This document shows, one piece after another, positions 15,512 through 30,632 of a stretch of DNA of 64,000 nt. Position 1 is the first letter of the stretch. Each line of letters starts with the position of its first letter. The notes below the pieces were generated by a model, which saw nothing but the letters and a program-made list of their open reading frames with translations, was not told the origin of the DNA and searched no databases. Source of the stretch: the human T2T-CHM13v2.0 reference genome, Homo sapiens; NCBI RefSeq assembly GCF_009914755.1, contig NC_060940.1; one strand, written 5' to 3'. Position numbers and translations under genes: made by a program.

Positions 15512-18500
15512 TGGAATGGAATGGAATCATTGAATGGAATTGAATGGAATCACCAATGAAGGGAATCGAATGGTATCATCGAATGGAATCGAATGGAGCC
15601 ACTTTCATGTGGAATCCACAGGAATCACCAAATGTACTCTAATGGAATAATCATCTAATGGAATTGAGTGGAATCATTGAATGTACTTGAATGGAATCAT
15701 CAAATGGAATTGAATGGAATCATAGATTGGAATCGAATGTAATCATCAATGAATGGGATCAAATGGAATCCTCGAATGGACTCGAGTGGAATCATCATCA
15801 AATGGATTCAAATGGAATCATTGAATATACTCGAATAGAATCATCATCGAATGGAAAAGAATGGAATCATCAAATGGACACGAATGGAAACATCGTCGAA
15901 TTGAATCATATGGAATCATCAAAAGGAATCGAATGGAATCATCATCAAATGGAATCGAATGGAATCATCAAATGGAATCGAATGGAATCACCAACGAATT
16001 GAATCGAAAGGTATCATGGAATGGAATTGAAAGGAATCATCTGCAAGTTAAATCTAAAGGAATCAACGAACGGATTCTAATGGAATAATCATCGAATGGA
16101 ATGCAGTGGAATCATCGAATGTACTTGAATGGAATCATCGAAGGGAACCGAATGGAATCATCATCGAATGGAATCAAATGGAATCATCAAATGGAATCGA
16201 ATGGAATCGCCATCAAATGGAATCAAAAGGAATCATTGAATGGACTCGAATGGAATCATCATCGAAAAGAATAGAATGGAATCATCATTGAATTGGATCT
16301 AATGGAATCACCGTGGAATGGAGTTGAATGGAATCATTGAATGGACTCGAATGGAATCATCCTAGAATGGAATCAACTGGAATCATCAAATGTACTCGAA
16401 TGGAATCATCATCGAATGAAACAGAATGGAATCATCAAATGCTACAGAATGGAATCACTGAATGGATTCAAATGGAATCATCATCGAATGGAATTGAATG
16501 GAATCATTGAAGGCACTCGAAAGGAATCATTGAATGGACTCGAAAGGAATCATCATCAAGTGGAATCGAATGGAATCATCGAACGGACTCAAAAGGAATC
16601 TTTGAATGGACTCGAATGGAATCATCATCAAATGGAATCTAATGGAATCACCTAATTAACTAGAATGGAGTCCACATCAAATGTAATCACAGGGAATCAC
16701 TGAATGGACTTGAATGGAAACTTTGAATGGCCTCAAATTGCATCATCATTAAATGGAATCGAATGGAATTATTGAATGCACTCGAATGGAATCATCGAAT
16801 GGACTCGAAAGCAATCATCATCGAGTGGAATTGAATGAAATCATCGAATGGACTCGAATGAAATCATCATCAAACAGAATCGAATGGAATCATCACATGA
16901 ACTCGAATGGAATCATCATCAAATGGAATGGAATGGAATCATCGAATGGAATCGAATGCAATAATCATCGAAAGGAGTCAAATGGAAACATCATCAAATA
17001 TAATCTAATGTAATCATCAACGAAGGGAATCGAAAGGAATCATGATTGAATGGAATCGAATAGAATCATCAAAAGGAGTCAAATCAAATCATAAAATGGA
17101 CTCAAAAGGAATCATTACAGTATGGAATCGAATAGATTCTTTGCATGGACTCGAATGGAATCACCATGGAATAGAATCGAATGGAATCATTGAACGGAAT
17201 TGAATGGAATCATCATTGAATGAAATCAAATGGAAACATTGAATGGACTCGAAAGAAATCATCAAGTGGAATCGAATGAAATCATGGAATGGACACGAAT
17301 GGAATCATCATCAAATGGAATCGAATGGAATCATTGAAAGGACTCGAATGGAATCATCATAAAATGGAATCGAAAGGAAACATCGAATGGACTTGAATGG
17401 AATCATTGAATGGACTCGAATGGAATCATCATGGAATGGAATCGAATGGAGTAATCGAATGGACATGAATGGAATCATCGTCGAATGGAATCGAATGGAA
17501 TAATCGAATGAAATCGAATGGATTCATCATCGAATGGAGTAAAATGGAAACATCATTGAATGGAATCGAAAGGAATTATCATCAAATGGAGTCGAATGGA
17601 ATTATCATCTAATGGAATCAAATGGAATCATCAACGAATTCAACTGAATGGAGAAATCGAATGGAATCCGTTGGAATCTTCATCAAATTGAACGGAATGC
17701 AGTCATCATCAAATTGTATTGAATGGAATCGTCATCAAATGGAATCAAAAGGAATAATCATTGAGTGAAATTGAATGGAATCATCAAAAGGAATCAAACC
17801 AAATCATAAAATGGACTCGAAAGGAATCATTATAAAATGGAATCGAATAGATTCTTCACATGGACTCGAATGGAATCATCATGGAATGGAATCGAATGGA
17901 ATCATCAAACGGAATTGAATGGAATCATCATTGAATGAAATCAAATGGAATCATTGAATGGACTCGAAAGAAATCATCAAGTGGAATCGAATGAAATCAT
18001 GGAATGGACACGAATGGAATAATCATCGAACGGAATTGAATGGAATCATAGAATGGACTCGAATGGAATCATCATCAAATGTAATCAAAAGAAAACATCG
18101 AATGGACTTGAAAGGAATCATTGAATGGACTCTAATGGAATCATCATGGAATGGAATCAAATGGAAAAATCGAATGGACATGAATGGAATCATTATCGAA
18201 TGGAATCGAATGGAATCATCGAATGAAATCGAAAGAAATCATCATCGAATGGAGTCTAATGGAAACATCATAGAATGGAATCGAAAGGAATCATCATGGA
18301 ATGGAGTCGAATGGAATTATCATCTAATGGAATCGAATGGAATCATCAACGAATTCAATCGAATGGAGAAATCGAATGGAATCCGTTGGATTCTTCATCG
18401 AATTGAACCGAATGCAGTCATCATCGAATGGAATTGAATGGAATCATCATCGAATGGAATCGAAAGGAATCATCATCGAATCAAATGGAATGGTATCATC

Positions 18501-21500
18501 GAATGGAATATAATGGAATCATCATCGAAAGAAATCAAAAGGAATCATCAAATGGAATCTAACGGAATCATCTAATGGAATTGAATGGAATAATCATCGA
18601 ATGGAATCGAATGGAATCATCGAATAGACTCGAATGGAATAACCGAATGGACTTGAATGAAATCATCAAATGGAATCGAACGGAATAATCGATTGGAATC
18701 GAATGGATTCATCATCAAATGGTATCGGATGGAATCAATGAAGGGACTCAAATGGAATCATCGAATGGACACGAATGGAATCATCAATGAATTGACACGA
18801 ATGGAATCGAAAGGAATCATCATGGAATGGAATCGAATGGAATCATGATCGAATGGAATCGAATGGAATCATCATGGAATGGAATTGAATAGAATAATCA
18901 TCGAATGGAATCGAATGGGATCATCAATGAATGGAGTCTAACTGAGTCATCGAATGGAGTCTTTGGAATCATCATCGAATGGAACTGAATGCAGTCAGCA
19001 TCGAATGGAATCAAATGGTATCATCTAAAGGACTCCATGGAATCATCATCGCATGGAACCAAATGGAATCATCTAATCGACATGAATGGAGTTATCTTTC
19101 AGTGGAATCGAATGGAATCATCGAATGCACTCAAATGGAATCATCATGGAATTGAATTGAAATGAATCATTGAATGGACTTGAATGGAATCATTGAATGC
19201 ACTCGAATGGAATCATCATCGAATGGAATAGAATGGAATCATCGAATGGACCCTAATGGAATCATCATTGAATGGAATCAAATGGAATCATCGAATGAAA
19301 TCGAATGGAATCATCATTGAATGGAATTGAATGGAATCGTCGTTGAATGGAATTGAATGGAATCATCATCGAATGGAATCTAATGGAATCATCATTTAAT
19401 GGAAACGAATGGAATCATCAACGAATGGAATGAAATGGAGAAATTGAATGGGATCCTTTGGAATCATCATCAGATTGAACCAAATGCAATCATCATCGAA
19501 TGGAATCGAATGGAATCATCAAATGGATTAGAATGGAATCATCATCAAATGGAATTGAATGGAATCAATGAATGGACTCGAATGGAATGACCATCAAATG
19601 GAATCGAATGGAATGATCGAATGGACACAAATGGAATCATCGTTGAATGGTATCGAATTGAGTCATCGAATTGCATCCAATGGAATCATGATCGAATGGA
19701 ATCTAATGGCATCATTGAATGGACTCGAATGGAATCATCGAGTGGACTTGAGTGGAATCATCATAGAATGGAATCGAATGTATACATCGATTGGACTCAA
19801 ATGGAATCATAATCAAATGGAATTGAGTTAAGTCATAATCGCATGGAAAGGAATGGAATCATCATCGAATGGAGTCTAATGTAATCATAATTTAATAGAA
19901 TCGAATGGAATCACAGAATTGAATCAAATGGAATGATCATCGAATGGAATTGAAGGGATTCATCGAATGGGATCGAATGGAGTCATCGAATGGGAATGAA
20001 TGTAGTCATCGAATGGAATCACGTGGAGTCATCGAATGGATTCAAATGGAATCACTATCGAATGGAATCGAATGGAATCATCGAATGGAATCAAATGAAA
20101 TCATCATCAGATGGAAACAAATGGAATCATCATTGAATGGACTCGAAAGGAATCATCGAATGGAGTCAGATGGAATCATTGATTGGAATCAAATAGAAGC
20201 ATCGTAAGAAATCGAATGGAATCATCAATGAACGGACTCATATGGACTCATCATCGCATGGACTCGAATGGAATCATGGTCGAATGGAATCGGATGGAAT
20301 CATCATCGAATGGAATCGAATGGAAACATCATGGAATTGAATCAAATGGAATCATCATGGAATTGAATCGAATGCCTGATTATCGAATGGAATCGAAAGG
20401 AAACATCATCAAATGGAATCAAATGGAGCCATCGAATAGAATTGAATGGAATAGTCATCAAATGGAATCGAATGGAACCATTGAATGAAATCAAATGGAA
20501 TAATCATTGAATGGAGTCGAACGGAATTATCAAATGGACTCGAATTGAATCATCAAATGGAATCTAGGGGAAGCATCATCGAATGGCATCGAATGGAATC
20601 ATCAAATGGACTCAAATGGAATCACTGAATTGACTCGAATGAAATCATCGAATGGACTCTATTGGAATCATCATCGAATTGAATCGAATGGAATCCTCGA
20701 ATAGAATCGAATGGAATCATTGAAGGGAATCGAATGGAATCATCATTGAAAGAAATCGAAGGGAATCATCAAGTGGAATTGAACGGAATCATCAAATGGA
20801 ATTGAATGGAATCATCATCGAATGGTATCAAATGGAATCATCGAATGAACACGAATGGAATAATTGAATTGCTCGAATTGAATCATAGAATGGTATAGAA
20901 TGGAATAATTGATTGTACTCTCATGGAATCATCATCAAATGGAATCTGATGGAATCAACGAAGGGGCTCGAATGGAATCATCGAATGGACTCGAAATGAA
21001 TCATCATCGAATGGATTCTTAAGGAATCATCAAATGGCCTCAAATGGAATCATCATCGAAATGAATCTAATGAAATCATCATCGGATGGAATAGAATGGA
21101 ATCATCACTAAATGGAATAGAATGGAATCATTGAATGGAATCCAATGGAATCATCAAATGTACTCGAATGGAATCATCTTTGAATGGAATCAAATGGAAT
21201 CATCGAATGGAAACGAACGGAATCATCAATGAATGGAGTTGATTGAAATCATCTTCGAATGGAATCCAATGGTATCATCAATGAAGGGTATTGAATGGAA
21301 TCATCATCGAATTGAATCGAATGGAATCAACAACGAATGGAATCGCATGGAATCATTGAATGAAATCCAATGGAATCATCATCAAATAGAAACAAATGGA
21401 ACCATCGAATGGACTTGAATGGAATCATCATTGAATGGAATCTTATGGAATCATCGAATGGACTCCTATGGATTCATCATCAAATGAAATCAAATGCAAT

Positions 21501-24500
21501 CATAGAACAGAATCGAATGGAATCATTATTGAATGGAATAGAATAGAATCATCGAATGGAATCAAATGGAATCATCAATGTATGGAATTGAATGGAATCA
21601 TTTAATGGACTCGAATGGAATCTTCATTGAATGTAATCGAATGGAATCATCAAAAGGACTCGAATAGAATCATCATCAAATGGAATTGGATGGAATCAAC
21701 GAAGGTACTAGAATGGAATCATTGAATGGTCTTGAATGGAATCATCATCGAATGGAATCGAATGGAATCATGGAATGGAATCGAATGGAATCATCATCAC
21801 ATGGAATCAAATGGAATCAGCATATGGAATTGAATGGAATCATCGAAAGACACCAAATGCAGTCATCCTCGAATGGAATCTAATGCAATCATTGAACGGA
21901 CTTGAATGGATTCATCATCGAATGGAGTCGAATGGAATCATCGAATGGACTCGAATGCAATCATGGAATGGACTTGAATGGAATCATCATTTATTGGAAT
22001 AGAATGGAATCATCGATTGGACAAGAACGGAACTATCATTGAATGGAATCAAATAGAGTCATCGAACGAACTCAAATGGAATCATAATCGAAGGGAATCG
22101 AATGGAATCATCAAATAGATTCGAATGGAATCATCATTGAATGGAATCATTTGGAATCGTTGAATGATCTCGAAATGAATCATAATCAAATGTTACTGAA
22201 AGAATCATCATCGAATGGAATCACATGGAATCATCGTCAAATGGAATCATACGGAATCATCATAGAATGGAATTGAATGGAATCATCAGTTGGACTTGAA
22301 TGAATTTATCAAATGGACCAAAAGGGAATCGAACCGAATCAGCTTCGAATGGAATTGAATGCAATCATTGAAAGGACTCGAATCGAATCATCAAATGGAC
22401 TCGAACGGAATCATTATAGAATGGAATTGAAAAGAGTCATCGGATGGACTTGAATGGAATCATCATTGAATGGAATCGATTGGAATCATCGAATGCACAC
22501 GAATGGAATCATCATCGAATGGAATTGAATGGCATCATTGTATGGACTCAAAAGGAATCATCATGAAATGGAATCCATTGGAATCATCGCATATAATCGA
22601 ATGGAATGATGGAGTGGAATCGAATGGAATCATCTTTGAATGGAATCGAATGGAATCAATGAATGGAATAGAAGGCAATCAGCATTGAATGGAATCGAAT
22701 GGAATCATCGAATTGAATCAAATTTAATCACCATTGAATGGACTCAAATGGAATCATAATCGAATAGAATCAGAAGGAATAATCGAATGGACTCGAATGG
22801 AATCATCAACGAATGGAATCAAATGGAATCATAGAATAGAATCGAATGGAATCAACATCAAATGTAGTTAAATGGAATCATCAAATGGAATCGAATGGAA
22901 TCATCATCGAATGGAATCAAATAGAAACAGTGAACGAAATCGAATGGAATCAACATCGAATGTAATCGAATGTAATCACAGAATGGTATCTAATGGAATC
23001 ATCATTGAATGGAATAGAATGGAATCATCTAATTTACATGAACGGAATCATTATCGAATGGAATAGAATGGAATCATCATCTATTGGACACAAATGGAAT
23101 CATCTATTGGACACAAATGGAATCATCATTGAATGGAATAGAACAAAATCATCATTGAATGGTAACCAAAGTAACCATCAAATGGATCCCAATGGAATCA
23201 CCTTAGAATTGAATAGAATGGAATCATCATCGAATGGAATTGAATGGAATCATCTAAAGGACTGCAATAGAAACACCATCGAATGGAATCATCTATTGTA
23301 CTCGAATGGAAACATCATAAAATGGAATCAAATGGGATCATCGAATGGACTCGAATGGAATCATCATCGAATGGAATCGAATGGAATCATCTAATGGACC
23401 CAAAAGGAGTCATCATCGAATGGAATTGAATGGAAACAACAAATGGACTCGAATGGAATCATCATCGAATATAATTGAAATAATCATCAAATGGATTCGA
23501 ATGGAAACATCGAATGGACTCAAATGGAATCATCATTGAATGCAATCAAATGGAATCATTGAATGGACTCGAATGCAATGGTCTTCGAATGGAATCGAAT
23601 GGAATCATGGAATGGAATCCAATGGAATCATCTTCGAATAGAATTGAATGGAATCATCGAATGGACTCGAATGGAGTCATCATCAAATGGAATTGAATGT
23701 AATCATCGAACAGAATCGAATGTAATCATCATCGAATCAAATCACATTGAATTATCAAATGGAATCGAATGGAATCATCATCAAATGGAATCGAATGGGA
23801 TCATCGAATGGACTCGAATGGAATCATCATCGAATGGAATTGAATGGAATCATCTAATGGACCCAAAAGGAGTCATCATTGAATGGAATTGAATGGAAAC
23901 AACAAATGGACTCGAATGGAATCATCATCGAATATAATTGAAATAATCATCAAATGGATTCGAATGGAAACATCGAATGGACTCAAATGGAATCATCATT
24001 GAATGCAATCAAATGGAATCATTGAATGGACTCGAATGCAATGGTCTTCGAATGGAATCGAATGGAATCATGGAATGGAATCCAATGGAATCATCTTCGA
24101 ATAGAATTGAATGGAATCATCGAATGGACTCGAATGGAGTCATCATCAAATGGAATTGAATGTAATCATCGAACAGAATCGAATGTAATCATCATCGAAT
24201 CAAATCACATTGAATTATCAAATGGAATCGAATGGAATCATCATCAAATGGAATCGAATGGAATCATCGAATGGACTCGAATGAAATCATCATCGAATGG
24301 AACGGAACCATCAAAAGGATTCGAATGGAATCATTATCAAATGAAAGAGAAAGGAATCATCGAATGGAATCATCATCGAAGGGAATTGAATGGAATGATC
24401 TAACAGACTCAAATGGAATCATTGTCGAATGGAATCGAAAGGAAACATCGAATAGACACGAATTGAATCATTATGGAATGGAATCGAGTGGAGTCATCAT

Positions 24501-27500
24501 CAAATGGAATCGTATAGAATCCTCATCGAATGGAATTGAATATAATCATCGAATGAAATAGAATAGAATTATCTCCGAATGGAAACAAATAGAATCATCG
24601 AATGAAATCAAATGGAATCATCATCGAATGGAATCATCATCAAATGGAATCAAACAGAATCATCATCAAATGGAATGGAATGGAATGGAATCATCGAATG
24701 GACTCGAACGGAATCATCATTGAATGGAATCGAATCTAATCTTTGAATGGACTCAAATGGAATCTTGATCAAATGGAATCGAATGTAATCTTCGAATGCA
24801 CTCGAATGGAATCATCGATGAATGCAATTGAAGGGAATCATCATCGAATGGAATCGAATGGAATCATCATCGAATGGAATCGAATGGAATACTCGAATGG
24901 AATAGAATTGAATCAACATCGAATGGAATCAAATAGTATCATCAAATGAAATCGAATGGAATCATCATCGAATGGAATTGAATGGAATCATCATCATCAA
25001 ATGGAATCAAATCGAATCATCATCGAATTGAATCAAATTGAGTCATGAAAGAATGGAATCAAATGGAATCATCATTGGCAGGAATCGAATGGAGTAATCA
25101 GCGAATGGAATCGAATGGAATCATTGAATGGAATCTCATGTAATCATCATCAAATTGAACCCAGTGGAATCATTACATGAATTCGAATGGAATCATCGAA
25201 TGAACTCAAATGGAATCATCATTGAATGGAACAGAATGGAATCATCAAACAGAATTAAATGCAGTCATCATCAAATGAAATCAAATGGAATCATCTAATG
25301 GTCTCGATTGGAATCATCATCAAATGGAATCAAAAGGAATCATTGAATGGACTTGAATGGAAACACAGAATGGACTCGAAAGAAATCATCATCAAATGGA
25401 ATCAAATGGAATCATCGAATGGACACGAATGGAATCACCATCAAATGGAATCAAATGATATTATCGAATCGACTCTAATGGAATCATCATCAAATGGAAC
25501 CGAACGGAATAATCAAATGTACTTGAATGGAATCATCGAATGGACTCGAATCGAATCATCACCAAATGGAATTGAATGGAATCATCGAATAGAATTGAAT
25601 GTAATAATCATCAAATGAAATTGCATTAAATCATGCAATGAACACGAATGGAGTCATCATTGAATGGAATCGAATGGAATCATCGAATAGACTCGTATCG
25701 AATAATCATTGAATGGAATGGAAAAGAATCATCAAACGACATCAATGGAATCATCATTGAATGAAATCAAATGGAATAATTGAATTGCACAAAATGGAAT
25801 CATCAAATGGAATCTAATGGAATCATCTAATGGACAAGAATGGAATAATCATTGAATGGAATCAAATGGAAACATTGAATGGACACAAATGGATCATCAC
25901 TGAATGGAATTGAATGGAACCATCATGAAAACAAATCGAATAGAATCATCATTGAATGGAATCGAATGGAATCATCCTCAAATATAATCGAATTGAATCA
26001 TTGAATGGAATTTAATGGAATCAAATGGAATAATCGAATGGAATTGAATGGAATTAGCATCGAATGATATCAAATGCAATCATCATCGAATAGAATGGAA
26101 TGGAATCATTGAATGGAATCATCATCTAATGGAGTCAAATGGAATCATCAAATGGACTCGAATGGAATCACCATAGAATGGAATTGAATGGAATCATCGA
26201 GTGAAATCAAATGGATTCATCACTGAATGGGATCGAATGGTATCATGGAATGCACTCAAATGGAATCATCAACGAATGGTATCAAATCGTATCATCGAGT
26301 AGAATCGAATGGAATCATCTTCAATTGGAATCAAAAGAAATCACCAAATGGACTCGAATGGAATAATCATCGAAAGGAATCAAACGGAATCATTGAATGG
26401 AATCGAATGGAATCATCATCGAATGGAATTGAACGGAACCATCAAATGGACTCGAATTGAATCATCATCGTGTGGAATCAACTGGAATCATTGAATGGAA
26501 TCGAATGGAATTGTCATTAAATGGCATCAAATGGAATCATCATCGAATGGAATACAAAAGAATCAACATCAAATGGAGTCGAAAGGAACCATCATTGAAT
26601 GGAATCCAAAGGAATCATCAATGAATGGAACCAAATGGAGTCATCATTGAATGGAACCGAAAGGAGTCATCATCGAATGGAATCGCATGGAATCATCATC
26701 CAATGGAATCAAATGAGATCATCATCAAATGGAATCGAATGGAATCATCAAATGGAAATGAATGGAATCGTCATAGAATGAATTGAATGGAATCATCGAA
26801 TGGTCTCGAATGGAATCATATTCAAATGGAACCGAATGGAAACGAATGGAATCATCACATAAAATCGAATGGAATTATCATCGAATGGACTCGAATGGAA
26901 TCAACATCAAACTTAATCAAACGGAATTATTGAATGGAATCAAAGAGAATCATCGAATAGACTCAAATGGAATCATTTAGTGGAATGGAATGGAATAATC
27001 CATGGACTCGAATGCAATCATCTTCGAATGGAATCGAAAGGAATCATCGAATGGACTCGAATGGAATAATCATCGAATGGAATCAAATGGAATCCATCAT
27101 CGGATGGAAACGAATGGAATCATCATCGAATGGAATCGAATGGAATCACCTAATGGAATCAGATGGAATCATCATCGAATGGAATCAAATAGAATTATGG
27201 AATGAAATCGAATGTGATTATCATCAAATGGACACGAATGGAATCATCATCCAATGGAAACCAATGGAATCAACATCGAATAGAATCGAATGGAAACACC
27301 ATCGTATTGAATCGAATGGAATTATCATGAAATTGAAATGGATGGACTCACCATCGAATGGATTTGAATTGAATCATTGAATGGAATTGATTGGAATCAT
27401 CATTAAATGGAATCGAATGGAATCATTGAAGGGAATCGAATGGAATCATCATCGGATGGAAACGAATGGAATCATCATATTTTGGAATCAAATGGATTCA

Positions 27501-29100
27501 TTGAATGGAATCAGATGGAATCATTGAATGGACTTGAATGGAATCATCGAATGGACTCGAATGGAATTATTATTGAATGGAAATGAATGTAATCATCGAA
27601 TGGTTTCGAATGGAATCATCATCGAATGGAATCGAATTTAGTCATCAAATGTAATCGAATGGAATCATCATTGAATGGAATCAAATAGAATCGGCATCGA
27701 ATAGAATCGAATGGAATCATCATCAATGGAATCGAATGGAATTTTCTTCAAAAGGAATCGAATGGAAATATCATTGAATAGAATCAAATGGGATCATCGA
27801 ATGAAACTGAATGGAATCATCATCAAAACGAATCAAAATAAAACAAAGAATAGAATCCAATGGAATCATGGAATGGAATCAAATGGAATCATTTAATGGA
27901 CTTGAATAGAATCATTGAATGGACTCGAATGGAATCATTGAATGGAACCTAATGTAATCATCATCGACTGAAATCAAATGGAATCATCGAATGGAATCGA
28001 ATGGAATCATCATCGAATGGAATCGAATGAAATCATGGACTGTACTCGAATGGAATCATCGAAAGCATTCAGTTGGAATCAACATTGAGTGGAATCGAAA
28101 GAAAACATCAAATGGAGTTGAATGGAATAATCGAATGGAATCATCACCGAATGGAATAGAATGGAATCATTGAATGGACCTGAAAGGAATCATCATCAAA
28201 TGTAATCAAATGGAATCATCGAATGGAATCCTATGGAATCATCATTGAATGGAACAGAATGGAATAATCATCGAACGGAATCGAATGGAATCATCATCGA
28301 ATGGAATCGAATGCAATCATCATCCAGTGGAATCGAATGGAATCATCAATGAATGGAATCGAATGGAGTCATCGAATGGAGTCCGTTATAAACATCATCG
28401 AATGGAACCGAACGCAGTCATCATCTAATGGAATCAAATGGAATCATCGAACGGACTCGAAGGAATCATCATCACATGGAATCAAATGGAATCATTGAAT
28501 GGACTCAAATAGAATCATCATCGAATGGAATCGAATGGAATCATCGATTGGACACGAATGGAATCATCATCAAATGGAATCAAATGGAATCTTCGAATGG
28601 AATCGAATGAAATTATTGAATGGAATTGAATAGAATCATCATTTAATAGAATCGAATTGGATCATCATCGAATGGAATCTAATGAAATCATCATCGAATG
28701 GAATCTAGAGGAGGCATTATCTAATGGAATTGAGTGGATTCAGCAAGGAATGGAATCGAATGGAGAAATCGAATGGAATCCGTTGGTATCATCATCAAAT
28801 GGAAATGATTGCAGTTATCATAAAATGGAATCCAATGGAATCAATGAAGGGACTCAAATTGTGTCATCATTGAATGGAATCTGATGGAATCATCGAATGG
28901 ACTCTAATGGAATCATCATCGAATGGAATCAAATGGAATCATCAAAAGGAGTATAATGGAATCATCATCGAATGGAATCAAATGGAATCATCAAATGGAC
29001 TCGAATGGAGTCATTCAATGGACTCGAATGGAATCATCATCGAATGGAATCTAGTGGAATCCTCGAATGGAATCAAATGGAATCATCAAATGGAATCGAA
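15512..29100 (+). repeat. Human satellite II (HSATII/HSat2) array, GAATG strand, diverged
   Basis: Continuous GGAAT-derived units of the type aatggaatcatcatcgaatggaatcgaatggaatcatcgaatggactcg, the reverse complement of CATTCGATGATGATTC/CATTCGATTC. Single orientation with sharp borders. Confidence 0.95.
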
Positions 29101-29480
29101 CAGATTTGTAAGAAACTTACTTGAACCAAAAAATAGAAAAACAACAAACCAAAACCCCCTAAAACTGTGTTGAGAAAAGTAGACATCAGAACAGGAAATA
29201 TCACTGTGGATGAAGAATAACATTTCAAACTGACAAAGGGGAAAATACACCAAAAGTAATGTAAATAAGAAATATGTGTGCACACAATAACATTACTTCA
29301 AAATACATAATATAAAACCTATTAAAACTGAAAGGTAAAATAGTAAAACCACAGTCATCCAGGGGGATTTCAGCAGTCTCCTGCCAGAAATTTTTAAATT
29401 TTGTTAAATGAAAAGTTGGTAAGTGTGGAGAAGATCTTATAAATATAATTAGCCAACTTGATCTGATTGAATCTTTTAGA
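29101..29480 (+). mobile_element. Very old L1 fragment (ORF2 endonuclease region)
   Basis: aaactgaaaggtaaaatagtaaaaccacagtcatccagggggatttcagc resembles LKGEIDKSTIIVGDFN. Confidence 0.45.
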
Positions 29481-29577
29481 ATAATCTAAGGATGAGGAAT
29501 GAGTTAGCAGAGGAAGAAAAGGCAGACATCAACGTGACATTAGTGTTTCAAGGCTATAAGAATACACCAATAATGGC

Positions 29578-29598
29578 GTGTGTGTGTGTGTGTGTGTG
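29578..29598 (+). repeat. (TG)n microsatellite
   Basis: gtgtgtgtgtgtgtgtgtgtg. Confidence 0.9.
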
Positions 29599-30632
29599 CA
29601 GAGGGTAAGCTTAATCTTAAAAATATTGAGTTTTTACTGACAATTCATTATTAGGAAAGATAAGAGGAAATGATATCCAGTGAGAGGCTATATGGCTGAA
29701 CTCTAAGAGAAAGGTCACGGCAGAAATTGTCTACTTGACAGCTCTATAAGGAGGTCAGTCAAAATTAAGTCAGTGATGAATTCTCTGGGGTAAAAGCAGC
29801 GGAATGAGGATTAGATTTAAAACACATGGAAGCAGAGTGACTTATGATAAAAACATGAGCTTGAAAATCCTGCAGAGAGGGCTTTAAATCCTGGGTATGA
29901 TATTCTACTTGTGTAGGCAATAGTGATAAAAACACAACAACAAAGAGAGGTAAAGAGCACTTTCCTTTGATATAAGTAAAGGGCACGTCTTATTGCACAT
30001 ATATATATAGGTATTCAACTGAGAGTCAACATGTTTCTCTCATTGAAACAGCAAGCTCTCCAGGCCTTCATGTTCCCAGTGAGGTAGGTAAACTTCTGAT
30101 GATTATACTCACCCTCCCTCATTGCAAAGCTCCCATTGTTATTGTCTTGGCTCTGGATTCCCTCAAAAATACACTATGAAACAAAAATCTTGGGTCAGAT
30201 ACTTTAATCAGAAATTGAGTAAGAAAGCACAGAAGTGGAGAAAATGAAACAGAACACGAAGCCAGTAGTGCTATGTGCTCAGTAATGATGGAGGTATGGA
30301 GATTGTGTCAAAATAACTTTACAAACAGATAGGGATGCTGGAATCCCCATCTCTTGTTGCTTAAGGATTGCCTTAGAATCATTAACTCCCCACCCCTAAC
30401 TCCTTCTTTGTTCCTATGTGTGGTTGAGAAGCACTGGTTAACCTCAAGAAGCTTGCAGGCAGGCCCAAAAATCAGAAAGACAGACATGATGTGGGGAGCG
30501 CTCAGTTAGCTGGAAACAGGTGAAATTCAGGTGAACACATTGAGTCCAGGACATAGGAGACAAGTCATCAGCAATATCTGCTATAGCCAGTTTTCTTTTT
30601 CTTTTTAAGAATATATGAATATATATACTTTC

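Noticed and set aside
15512-29100. Calling the array HSat3 or alpha satellite
   Set aside because: Dominated by the ATCATC(G)-containing HSATII units rather than pure (GGAAT)n; no 171-bp monomer.
15691-29173. Dozens of ORFs such as MESSNGIEWNH
   Set aside because: Translations of GGAAT satellite, which is ATG-rich by composition; no coding evidence.
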